Below the pieces are notes generated by a model. The model did not search any database, was not told the origin of the DNA, and saw only the letters and a program-made list of their open reading frames with translations. Shown here in pieces: positions 13,794-24,573 of a DNA stretch of 64,000 bases (positions are counted from its first letter, which is position 1; each line of letters starts with the position of its first letter). The stretch lies in contig JBHGNT010000123.1 in assembly GCA_043228905.1 (NCBI GenBank), positions 1 through 64,000 of the forward strand, written 5' to 3'. The position numbers and the translations under genes were made by a program. This DNA is from Azolla caroliniana. Lineage: Eukaryota > Plantae > Polypodiophyta.

Positions 13794-15459
13794 ACACATA
13801 CATACACATAAAACGTACACATCAGTGCATAGAGTTATATTCTCGCGCTCTCACAATTCTTCCCTCTTCCTCAATACATCCTATAGAGAAGTTTGGCCAC
13901 CAGTTCTTACATGGGCTTACTTGTTATGCGTGCCTTCTCTCATTGTTAACTGGGTTATTGTTGCTGTATTACAATGATTGTAAAACTATCAGAATGGAGA
14001 AGATCTTGTAAATTAGAACACTTTCTCTTTACGAACTAGGAGTTTCGAGCTCAAGGATGCAATGACATTCATAAAGTGCTAATAGCTGCCCCGGCATTCT
14101 TATAGCTGCTTTTGTACTGTTGTTTCTCCTCACACAAAATTTAATTGGAAGATCACATTGAAATTGGCTCATTTGTTTAAGTATCCTATGTTTTCTTTGC
14201 ATATTTGTTTATGCCGACTCTTTGACAATTGTTGCTTATTCAATCCAGGTGCCATGTTGCATGTCAAGAATATGCTATTGCATTAAAGGCTCTTAATGGC
14301 TATCTGAGCTCAGGGCGGCCTGCACGAACTGAATTATTTGTGGTATGCATCCTCTTCTCAAGACTTATGTGAATTTATATTTATTTTTCTTAATTAGTTG
14401 TTTTTATTCTTATAATTTTTTAAATAATGGAATCACAGGCAAGATATCCAACTCTATTGTGGATGGATATTCAGCTAACTCTTGGTTCTGTTTTGGAAAG
14501 GTATTCATTTTAGAAGCTGTAAGGGGATTTACAAGAGAAGGAATGGAGACAGCTAAGAAGGTGTTGGTAAGTGATTGATTCTATTTTGGTGCTGTTGGTC
14601 CAAAGGCACTCAAAGCATATATACATAATATTTATATATGCATAATACATATCATTCAAACACATCTATGCAATTATAGAATGTGACCTGGCTGGAGGCA
14701 TTGGTCTGTTATGTGGCATAGAATATGCATATTTTTTCTATTATTGAATGTGTTTCTGGTTCATTCTCATAGCTTTAGTTGCAATTTTGATTTGTGCTTT
14801 TTGACTACGAGTACCAAAGTGTTTCTTTAACATTTAAGATGTAATCTCTTATTCGGTCTTATAGGCCATTTTGGCCTCTTAAAAGACGTTAATATATCTT
14901 TCTTTCTTTCTTTCTTTCTCCATTTTTTAGCAAGACATGCTGAACAGAGGCTTGCCGATAACTAATAAGATGCATAGCGATCTTCTGGAATTGGCATCTC
15001 AGGAGCCAGTACGATTCTCTCTCTTCTCTCGTTTATGTGCTACTTAAAAAGAGAGTACAAAATTTATTTATTTTCAGTAAATGAAAGTATTTTGTGTTTT
15101 GAATGCCATATAGACACACTTGTTAAAAAGCTATCAAATCCTTGTTGGGCACAGGGAGGAGATTTCTCTATGGCCAACCTGTTATTTGATCTCATGCAGA
15201 AGCGTAAAGTGAATTTACCCAGAAGGGTTATTGATATGTACTTCAGAGGCTTGAAGGTAAGAAGAAAACCAGACAATACAAAAACTTCTGTTAACCAAGT
15301 TATATCAATGTGTTTTCTTATATATATTTTGTTTTATTTTTGTTGTAGCGGCGTCAAATTCCAGAAGGTGATCCCCGGCTCAAGCTAGTAACGGATATTA
15401 TGAATAGAAGGCTTCCACTTAGAGTGGGAGCAGCACAACAGATGCAACTGGCTGCATAG
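4089..15459 (+). CDS. Mitochondrial P-class pentatricopeptide repeat protein, At4g35850-like. Predicted exons 4089-4161, ~6409-6556, 6655-6817, 6977-7042, 7644-7741, 7817-7934, 8020-8232, 8714-8790, 14249-14342, 14501-14566, 14931-15008, 15155-15256, 15349-15459
   Basis: Spliced peptide blocks RRNYARDVNQY / LLRDVYDDMILDGIQP / MKGGRLQDAFYFYDEMKCMGYIPD / FNCLIATCGRC / LNKYCYAALI / LTVYHAALSACADLK / GGDFSMANLLFDLM / RRQIPEGDPRLKLV match my recollection of the At4g35850 family. GT-AG boundaries give consistent phases. Exon 1 (MAARLLIRHAARRG) looks like a presequence; the exon 2 acceptor is uncertain. Confidence 0.88.
8398..8475 (-). repeat. 78-bp dispersed repeat, inverted relative to 14829-14906
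   Basis: Reverse complement of 14829-14906 with 3 mismatches; the ttaatatatctttctttc end also occurs at ~13680-13700. Confidence 0.9.
9717..10405. mobile_element. hAT-like MITE / non-autonomous DNA transposon in PPR intron 8
   Basis: Imperfect TIRs taggaatgggccc / gggcccatagcta; 8-bp TSD gctataat (9709-9716) and gctataac (10406-10413); subterminal aaccg/aaacc repeats; AT-rich core. Confidence 0.8.
10817..12110 (+). mobile_element. Highly decayed Copia/TRIM-like LTR remnant in PPR intron 8
   Basis: Related direct repeats tgttgagataacaag...caccttatgtg.gaacacac at ~10818 and ~11929; the second follows a PPT-like gagtgaagggggtg. Internal ~11600-11690 reads AFMVKVAAIPELEIVEVAHDPQ*VEVMQE, resembling the Copia pre-RT region. 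Confidence 0.5.
12220..12560. repeat. Tandem ~120-150-bp repeats with (CT)n tract
   Basis: gcatttt/cctgcaatg(t/c)t(t/c)gcctaatctttgcatttctaccctct occurs three times. Confidence 0.8.
12620..13703 (+). mobile_element. Decayed LINE ORF1-like remnant ending in a (TTTC)n tail
   Basis: Coiled-coil-like broken ORFs followed by RRALKGNQLYSDDNLTLAQVAHGKENIAGVLNARNEGK, resembling a LINE ORF1 C-terminus; ends gttaatatatctttctttctttc. Confidence 0.4.
14829..14906 (+). repeat. 78-bp dispersed repeat, inverted partner of 8398-8475
   Basis: Reverse complement of 8398-8475 with 3 mismatches. Confidence 0.9.
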
Positions 15460-16980
15460 TGTGATAAGATAGACGAATAAATCAACAGATATTTGTGTTT
15501 GAACAATTCAAATAGTTTTTGGTTTTCAACTTTGTGCCAAATATCTGGTATTGTCCTGAATGGACCATTTCTAGACTTAATGGTTTCTATATGAATCTTC
15601 TTAATGGCTTTCACACAGGTAAGGCCAGCTTTTTTAGTGTATTTCCTAGATTGTATAGAAATACTGTTTGAGTTGCAATGACACAGTGGGATTGTTATAT
15701 ACAAATAACCTGCCATTCAGTAACTATGCACAAGCTAAATGTGAGGTGCAAGTAGATCATGTAATTTCTTTTTTCATATGATACTGAGAAGCACCTTATG
15801 GGGTGGTTGAAGGCATATGTTAATCATGATTCCTTATGTTCCATGATTCAATTTAGTTTCTCAAAACAATATTATCGAGCTATATACCATTTATTGTGAG
15901 ATATTAAATAATCTTTGGGCACCTGGAACATGTGTCTGGCGTAAATGCAAAGCCAGTTTTGAGTACACCAATTGCAATTGAGACGTTGAAACACGTTTGC
16001 CAACAAGCAGTGGTGGGGTATATATGTATGTGTATGCTCGTATGCTTTATCTTTGTGTGCATATGGTTGAACTTTTGTGTCTAACTCTAAACCTATATAT
16101 AGGTCATGGTTATCGTGATTGGGAATAGGATCATGTGAAGAATGTGCACTTGGTTCTGTCAACAGTGGGGTTCCCCCTTTTCTTATATATTTTTTAAAAG
16201 AAAAAATTTAGCACATCGTTTAGTGGCATTGTTGTGTAAATTCACACATAGTTGTGAAAGTCATGGGGGATCGTGGGGTACCTGAGTTAAGGTAGATGGC
16301 TATGTCAACAAAGGGTTGCATACAATGGTTGTTTTGGTGGTCCCTGCATTGGTCTTCTTCAAGTTGTAGCGTGGTTTCATTGTACAACTAGAATGTGTAA
16401 GTGTATTTATAAATAAGTGTGAAATTTTGTGTCCAATAAATGGTTGTGTAGTTGTGTTATATGGAGTTTTGCATTTGGGCTTGTATGTGTATTTGTATGG
16501 AGTAGAGAATTCCTTCTCGACATTTTGATATAGCTCTTTCAACATTGAAGGTATTGGGGACTAGCAAAATCAGAGTATGCAAATTGTTTTGTTCTTTTAT
16601 CTCAATCTAGGGCTTAAAGACATTCTCTGATTAATGCATATTGATATCCAAGTTCTCCTTGTTGGTGACTTCACGGAAGTTTGATACGAAGGAATTAGGG
16701 ATTTATAGGTTGGCAAGGCATCATGCAATAATTGGCATTGGCCTTTATCACATTGGGATTATATAGGACCATGAGGAAGTACTTAGAGATGAGGGATGTC
16801 AAGAGAATCCAACGCTCGAGAGTACCCCAAGTATGGGCCTTACCATTATTGTTACTACTTAGAAAGAGAGAGAGAGAGAGAAAGAGATACCATACTACAA
16901 TTACACCTCATGTACATTAGCTAGACGGAAATTTGATTGCACAGTTCTGGTACATGTATGATCACCTTGTTGTCGAAGGA

Positions 16981-17410
16981 GTCTTACAACACCCTAGAGG
17001 GAAGACACTAGTTTTCAGGGAAGAGCTACTCCCATGTTTTGTTGGTAACGAGAACAAAGATTTCCTTATATTCCCATGTTCTCTTAGTAAACACAATAAA
17101 ATACATTTATGGAGAGAAGGAGAGCACTTTATTTAAAATCCTGTTAGTAAATTACAAGCTGGTAAGCCTATGTCAAACTCAGTTGTCATTGACCAATCCT
17201 CCATGAGGGGGCTTCCTTCTTGTTCATAGACATTTTGAATCCCATCAACAACCAACTAACCCTCCATGAGGGAGATTCCTTCTTCGTTACTAAGTCTTAC
17301 AATACCCTAGAGGCGAAAACAAAGATTTCTTTCTACTCCCATGTTCTCTTAGTATACACAATAAAATACAATTATGGAGAGAAGGAGAGCACTTTATTTA
17401 AAATCCTTGC
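16981..17410. repeat. Degenerate direct repeat, probably a TE remnant
   Basis: gtcttacaa.accctagagg...cccatgttctcttagta.acacaataaaataca.ttatggagagaaggagagcactttatttaaaatcct at ~16981-17142 and ~17294-17408. Confidence 0.7.
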
Positions 17411-17534
17411 AACATTAAGAAAATGCTTCGGAGTAGACAAAATACACGAAAGTTTTCGAAACCCTCCAACATTAGGTAACACACAAGGTTCGAGGATGTA
17501 AGGCAATGCCTAGTAACATTATACGTCGTTACCA

Positions 17535-19196
17535 CTACTTGTTGTAGTAGTGGAAGGGGTTAGACACGGGTTTGGCCAAGAAAGTGGGGTCATTGAGGAG
17601 CCTTTCCATGACATGAGATGGAAGGGCTACACATATCTCTATATCCCCAACACCTGGGCCCGAGGAGCCTTCGCGGTCCCCAAAAAGAACCATCTCTCCA
17701 TTGCCCGGGACTTTGGCCGATCGGACGGCCGCAGGACGGCCCCACCCGAACTCGACTTGGTACACAGGGAACCTCGGGGAGCTCGTGGCGCCCGCCATCT
17801 GGAACTCGGCCCAGTCCTTGTAAGCGTCCGCGGAGCTGTTCCCGTGGAGTTCGAGCCAATGAATGTGGGCCACGAGGGAGTTGGGTGTACACATGAGGAC
17901 AGCCTCGTGGATCCGTCGGGCCGTGTGGCCGAGGCCCTCGGCCAGGACATCAGCCGCACGCGCATCGGATGAGGTGTTATCCAGGACATTACCGAAGTAG
18001 GAAGGGGGCAGTGGCGGCTCCATCTTGGCCCTAAGGTTGGCCATCACCATGAACCTTACCTTGGTGTCTGGAGGAGATAGCCTAGCCTGGGTCAATTGTC
18101 GCCAGAAGTGGGCACACAAGACCTCGTAGGTAGTGTAGCTCCCTCCTGCCTCTGCTTTCAGCTTCTTGATCGATGATGCGGGCAGAACAAACACACATTG
18201 CATTAGCCCCGTCTCCATTGGTGGCGGCTTCGGAAGCTTTACATGATCACTGCCACCATTCTCCATGAATCGATCGCGATCCCTCTGCAGCTTTGCCGTG
18301 TATCGCTTCGCTACATCTTCGGACGGAGGCCCATTGAGTGCTAGCCTCTCTCTCTCGTGAATCGGGGGCGTCGTCACGCCGACATTGCCCCTTGCACACT
18401 CCCCCCATGCCACCATGAAATCCCACAACGACTTCCCGTCCGCCACAACGTGGCTCTGCGATAGTCCTAATGATATCCCCCCATCCGAAAACCGGGTCAC
18501 CTGCTTAATCTCACATTCAATCATGTCAAATCCAATTGGTTTATGAGATCCAAAATTCACATTCAATCATGTCAATCAAATACATTTGGTTTATGCTACG
18601 GAAATTTCACATTCAATCATGTCAAATACATTTGGTTTATGAGGTCTAGAATTCACATTCAATCATGTCAATCAAATACATTTGGTTTATGAGATCTCAT
18701 GATGCTATAAATAATGTGGACATTATTAGATGTCATTTCACGTGTGTACCTGGATAGAGAGTAGAGGGCTCGTGTAGAGGCGATCCCCAGTGTGATCCAC
18801 TGGTCGGCAAAGGCTCTCGTAGAGGGGCATCATCGGGAAGCCTTCTCGGCTAATCTCGCTCATTTGAAAGTCAAGCGAGGCCTCCACGAATTCGACACCC
18901 ACATCATTGCAATCGATGATGAGACGGCCTTGGGGATCTAGGGCTAAACGTCCCGCCCATGGGTAGTAGTGGACGAGCACGGCCGAGAGGCTCGTCTTCA
19001 ATGTCTCGGTGGCATCGTGGCAACCGGTGGTGGTGATAATGTTGGGGTAGAAGAGGATTCTCTTGTTGTAGTGGACCTCTCGCCAATGTATGTCAAGTGA
19101 CGAAAGGAATAGGTGGCGTTTTGTGGAAGGTGAGGCCGGGATGATTGTTGTGGACTTTTCGATCACAATAGGAGGAGGAGGAGGACAAGAACTCAT
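17535..19196 (-). CDS. BAHD-family acyl-CoA acyltransferase, 470 aa; exons 19196-18750 and 18500-17535
   Basis: Catalytic HXXXD (SHVVADG), DFGWG-type motif (EFGWGRP), YYPWAGRL, YFGN, and the family's conserved intron after Q in LLSIQ|VTRF (cag|gtacac ... aagcag|gtg). Confidence 0.93.
18510..18695. repeat. ~46-50-bp tandem repeat, 4 copies, filling the BAHD intron
   Basis: tcacattcaatcatgtcaa(tcaa)atacatttggtttatg units. Confidence 0.9.
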
Positions 19197-19930
19197 GTTG
19201 GGCTCAAGGTGCCATGGAACATTACATTAGGGAATTAAACATGAGGTTATGATCACATTGTCTCATGTTGCTAACCCTTTTTAGATTCTCAAAGCATGGA
19301 CTGATTTGTACTAGGAGGTGTATAGATAACTTAAATTCCCCCATGGGAAGGCCGCATGCTACACGTGGTCCACACTTCAATTTCCATGCCTCCAATCTTT
19401 TCATCTAAATATCGAAGGGAACTAATGTCTCATCTAAAAAGGTAGAGATTCCAAGCTCTAAAACTCTTGAGGTTGACAATTTAAAGCTATCATTTTGGAG
19501 TGTTGTCGTGATGTGGCATGCCGAGCATGAGAAACACCGGTGAACGAGGTAGAGACTCAAATCTCTAAAGCTCTTGGTGTGAAGGTGTGGGAGAAAAAGT
19601 GAGACAGAGAATATGTGACATGTGAGAAAAAGGGCAAAGGAGAAAGAGAGAGAGTTAAGATATTATTTATACATATGAAAATATAAAAATATTCTTAGAG
19701 TCATTAAATTGTTGTAAGAGAGGTGCAAAGTTCGATTCTAGAATAGTTGCATTCGATGATATTCTTTTCGCACTTTAAATATTGAGAAAGGGATGTTTGT
19801 AATTCAATGCAAATAAGGCGCCCTTCCCCTTGATTTTCGTATAAAAGGAGGAAGGGCTCATTTTTGGAGTTTTTTTTTTCCCATAAAAACATCTTCCATT
19901 GGTATTAAAATTAAAGTGGTTAGAGTCACT

Positions 19931-20040
19931 ATACAAAATAGTCCAATATCACAATGAATATTGCATATCCCTCTATTTACAAGCTATACAAAATAGTCCA
20001 CTATCACAATGAATATTGCATATCCCTCTATTTACAAGCT
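19931..20040. repeat. 55-bp tandem duplication
   Basis: atacaaaatagtcca(a/c)tatcacaatgaatattgcatatccctctatttacaagct twice. Confidence 0.9.
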
Positions 20041-20062
20041 GAGTACGGAATGCTTGGCCTTT

Positions 20063-20558
20063 TCAATGCCTTCTACGCCATTGCAAATGTTGAAATCCCA
20101 AAATAATAAAAATTGTTATTGCATTCGGAGACACTCCTTGAAGCTTCAGTTTTTGATGCAGTTTGCTAGCTTCATATGGCATTCCATATCTCACATAACC
20201 CATACTAAGGGCATTGGATGACTGCTCATTTTGCTTAGACAACTTCTCCAAAGCAGGCCTCAACCGATACAACCACTTCCGCATAGACAATCAGGAGGAA
20301 AGGAGCTGGTGTTATTCTCTCTCAAAGAGAATTCCATTGTATTCATGGAAGCTTTGACGGCCTTCAATGTAAAACCTTCATCAACAAGGTCTTGGAGTTT
20401 TGAAATAATTAAATCTTCTCTCTTTGCAATATCCTCTACGACAACAATTTTAAGGCCCACATTGAATTGGAGTTGAAGAAGATAATGATCAATACCACCA
20501 TCCACAAGAGCTTCACCAAGGACGCTCTCTAGCAATGCTTTACGTAAATCTACATTAG
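20063..20558 (-). pseudogene. Chimeric gene fragment: presequence protease (PreP, M16C) segment joined to a PPR-like fragment
   Basis: LRKALLESVLGEALVDGG...KAVKASMNTMEFSLRENNTSSFP...KWLY matches PreP; it continues into NALSMGYVRYGMPYEASKLHQKLKLQGVSPNAIT, which is PPR-motif-like. Frameshifted, with no start or complete domain. Confidence 0.75.
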
Positions 20559-20584
20559 GTGTTGGCTCTTCCCTCCTATTCCTT

Positions 20585-21225
20585 CATCCATCCTCTCCTC
20601 ATGTGTTCATGTGCTCGTGCTTGTGGGCTCATATGCTTGTGGCTCGGTGTGCGGAGCTTGTGTTCAGTGTTGGTGTGTTCATGTTCGCATGCTCGTGTTT
20701 TGTTGCTAGTGGTGTTCGTGTTTGTTGTTCTGGTTTGTTGTTCGCTCGTGGTGCTCGTGTGTGTGTGGGGTTGTGTGTTCAAGTTTGTGCGTGTGGCTCG
20801 GTGATCGTGTGCTTGTGCGCTTGTGGGTTCGTGGTTCGATGTGCTTCGAGCTCGTGGGTTCATTCGTTGTTGCTCATTGCATGCATGGTGTGCTCATTTG
20901 ATCGTAGTTGGTGTGTTCATGTGCTCGTTGTTCGTGGTTCGTGTGGTGCTATTGCAAGTTTGTGTGCTCGTGTGCTTGTTGGTGGTGTGTACATGTGCCC
21001 ATGCGCCCAAGTGCAACATGAACTATGTATCGAGTTCGTTTGAAATCTCAACTTTTCAACATGAACTCGATACAATGTATCAAGTTTGTGGTAAAACGTT
21101 TTCAACACGAACTCAATATAATGTATAGAATTGATGTAAAAAATTGAGTTTTCAACATGAACTCGATACATTGTATCAAATTGTACTGCAAAGTCTCTAT
21201 TTTACTATTGAAATTATCGAGTTGC
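20585..21225. repeat. GT-rich low-complexity tract plus ttttcaaca(t/c)gaactc(g/a)ata repeats, possibly TE subterminal DNA
   Basis: Reiterated gtgct(c/t)gt/gttcgt units, then 3-4 copies of a ~50-bp motif. Confidence 0.6.
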
Positions 21226-21656
21226 TGAATAAATTGTATATTTTCACAAATAATCTCTATTTTTGTAATGAATTTCTATTTTTTTCCAAGATTTTCCATT
21301 AGACAAATTATTTGATTGGAGTGTTTTTACTGCACTATTTAGTGGTTGTTTCGCATATTATTTAACAAAAATTCATTAATTTTTGCGATATTTCACAGAT
21401 ATCTATCTTTTTTTGGCATTTAGAGCCCTTTTCTAGAGTTAATCTGTCTTTAAACATATACGTTGTTAGAAATTACTTATTGGTTCATATAATTGAGTTT
21501 CTCTATATTTTTTGATATTGTGCCTACAAGGACAACTGAAAATTAGGATGAACGTATGGTCAAGATTTATTTTTTGAATAATCGAGGCTCGCCTTTAAAA
21601 TCTATCAATGTGAGGAAGCCATGTATAGTTAGAGAGCAAAGAAATATTGTTTAACA

Positions 21657-22072
21657 ATGATATACCAAGATAATGATAGTAAGAAACTGAAAGAAGTTAA
21701 AGATATTCTTGATTTTCCTACATCATTTCTTGCACATCTTGAAAGAGGGTGGAAAGAAAAGGACTACCGTTTAGTGTATGCATATGGTGTGAACGATGGT
21801 GGCACTTTTAAGAAATTTGGCCATAAAAAGGATATCACCTGAGATTTATACTATAATGTCTATTGTGGTGATGTGGCTAAGATGATACACATATTGCCAA
21901 CAAAAAAATACATATTATTGATTGTTGATATACCATACAGATTTTGTATGGTTGGATCAACATATGATGATGACCCATTTATGTTCAAACAACTTGAGAA
22001 GATGGTAAAAGATTTCGCACAGACAATATGCTTATGGAGAATTGTCGTATTCCATAGCATGGACCAACTTAG
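21657..22072 (+). pseudogene. Putative DNA amino-methyltransferase (N6A/N4C, beta-class-like) remnant, 5' part, cut by the Copia insertion
   Basis: One frame with a TGA at 21840; YNVYCGDVAKMIHILPTKKYILLIVDIPY parallels the IYxGDxxxxxxxLPxxSVDLIxTDPPY N-terminus of N6_N4_Mtase proteins. By-eye similarity only. Confidence 0.5.
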
Positions 22073-22784
22073 TGACAGGAATTACATGCTCTGATGAACA
22101 ATGCTCGGCCTCAACTGAGTTTAGAATCATAAAACACAGAAAAACGGGGAATGAATGCACGACATAGTGAAGAGAAGAGTACATAGGATGTTAACGTGGA
22201 AAACCCAAACTAGGGAAAAACCACGACAACCCACAGACTGCAAACTATCACTATGTAACAATATACAATAGATGAACACAGAGGCAACGACCTCTTGTTC
22301 ACTGTCTTCGCCACAAGCGGCGGTTACAATAGAGATACGAACTCTTCGTCTCTCTCTCTCTCTCTCTCTCTCTCTGTACACTGTTGCGCTCTAATCTTGC
22401 GCCAACAAGAATGACAACTACTACATACTAAGTTTGCCCTAAGTCATATTTATACTAATATGACTTTTCGACTATTTACAATTATAGCCCCGATGGCCTC
22501 TCAGGAAACATATTTATGAATATGTCCCTTCATCCGGTGAGCACTTCTCACCGGGCCTTCACCATCCGGCTCTTGACGGGTACTCCTCATCCGGTTCTCA
22601 CCGGGTCTTCCGTAGCTGGGTACTCATCCGGTTCTCATCGGGTCTTTCGTAGCCGGGTACTCCTCATCCGGTTATCACCGGGTCTTCCGTGGCCGGGTAC
22701 TCCTCATCCGGATTCGGCCTCGACCGAGTTTCTCATCAGCATTGCTCTTCTCACTTCCCATCAGGAGGGACCTATTTCCTAACA
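22073..22784 (-). repeat. Copia 3' LTR with internal 40-bp tandem repeats
   Basis: Direct repeat of 54179-54925; contains tcatccggttctcaccgggtcttccgtagccgggtactcc units, one fewer than the other LTR. Confidence 0.93.
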
Positions 22785-22866
22785 CTTAGAATACTCTATA
22801 GGATAGGCCTTGAGATCTCTATAGGATACTCTATAGGATAGGATACTCTATAGGATACTCTATAGG

Positions 22867-23513
22867 ATACCTACGCTGGATGTGCTTCGTCTAGGAATGG
22901 TAGGCCGCATTCTTAGCAAGGTGGATGGCACTTTGACTGTCGCAATAGAGTCGGTATTCATCTTGCCGGAAACCGAGCTCTCCGATGAAGTCCTTCATCC
23001 ATAATATTTCCTTGCCGGCTTCCACAGCCGCCATGTACTCCGCTTTTGTGGTTGCCAACGCAACCGTCTTCTGCAGCCTCGACTGCCACGAAACAACTCC
23101 CCCTGCATATGTCATTATGTACCCGGATGTAGACCGGCTGGTATCGACATCAGTCGACATGTCCGAATCGGTAAAACCGTCAATTTGAGGTTTTCCGGAG
23201 CCGAATCAGAGACACATATTTGAAGTGCCCTTCAAGTACCGGAGTATCCATTTGACCGCGTTCCAGTCCTCCTTGCCGGGATTGCTCATAAACCGGCTCA
23301 TCACTCCGACTGCGTATCCTATATCCGGTCGGGTACACACCATTGCGTACATTAAGCTCCCGACGACAGAGGCATATGGAACCTTCATCATATCAGCCTT
23401 CTCTGCTTTCGTCTTCGGGCTTTGCTTACTGGATAATCTGTAGTTTGCCGGGAGTGTCGATCCGACCGGTTTCGCTTCTAACATGTTGAAACGTTGAAGC
23501 ACCTTTGTCACGT
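22867..23513 (-). pseudogene. Copia RT C-terminus and truncated RNase H
   Basis: VPYASVVGSLMYAMVCTRPDI, WNAVKWILRYLKGT, RSTSGY, YCDSQSAIHLAKNAAYHS*TKHI. Confidence 0.92.
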
Positions 23514-24573
23514 TGTTGCGTTGTTACGCGCATGCGTGGAGAACAAGGCGGGACCACCGAGGTCTTGGACCGAGGAATAGGTGAGAGAAGGGAGAGAGAG
23601 AGAGAGACACGCTCACACACGTATAGACAAAGAAGCGCACGGGAACGCGGTCCAACGACACAAGAGACACGAGTTGAACGGGGAATAGAGTATAAGAACA
23701 CCAATGTATGTATATAAAATAAGTATGCAGACGATGCGAACGGTTACAACCGATCAGGCCGGCTAGATGGATACCGACGCCTGACCACCCACGCGCGCAG
23801 GGGTGCGAGATGGAGACTCTGCTGGAAGTACACGGGTGTTCCACGGAGCAGAATCAGCCTCTCGAGAACCTACGCACAAGAAAGCTACGGAGAATGACAG
23901 AGAAGTGCTCGGTCCCAGTCCGACAGCACTTCGTCCCCTCTCGCGCGCGATACCTCTCTCTCCCCCGTCTCCCTCTCTTTTATAGCTCAAGGAGGGAGAC
24001 CGTTTTCACCCGTATACATCACATTAATTCTTTGTCCTTTCGAACAGAGACACTCCTCGATTCTCCCTATGGAATATTGCTACCTAGGGTTTGACTTTGT
24101 GCCCACCTATCTACTATACAACAGGGGCGTGCCCACGTGCAAGGCCAGTTCACACACACTTTGCGCCTGGGGACGGTTTTCCTCACGACATCCGCCCCCA
24201 CCTAACCGCGCATCCACCGGTATGCGCCAAAATTGGGTTCCTACTGGAGAAAACCGGTCCTGGCTTTTATTCCTCGTTTACCGGTTCGTCCTCCGCCTCG
24301 GGCTGCTCGTCGTTGCTGTCCATGCCCCCTAGCTCCGACTCCCCGTCGTGTCGTTTCTTGAACGCTTTGATCCTCTTCCCCGCTACCGGTATCGCCATTC
24401 TCGTACCGTCGAGCTCCGCGAGATGGTACGTCCCATTATCGTTGGCGACTGTTACTACGTAAGGCCCGAACCACCTCCTCGCAAACTTCCGCGTGGCCCT
24501 ATGCTGATTGTCGAGGCTGTTGTCGTAGACTAGCACCCAGTCGCCTTCCTCGATCTTCCTTGGTCGGAGCCGG

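Noticed and set aside
20559-21171. Hydrophobic Cys/Val-rich ORFs
   Set aside because: Artefacts of GT-rich low-complexity repeats.
22530-22715. Regularly spaced repeats resembling a CRISPR array (also 54630-54855)
   Set aside because: Tandem 40-bp LTR units with no unique spacers, in eukaryotic DNA with no cas genes.
22068-22789. Independent solo LTR flanked by cttag on both sides
   Set aside because: The second cttag is part of a 35-bp copy of the distal flank, and Copia RNase H follows directly, so this is the element's 3' LTR.
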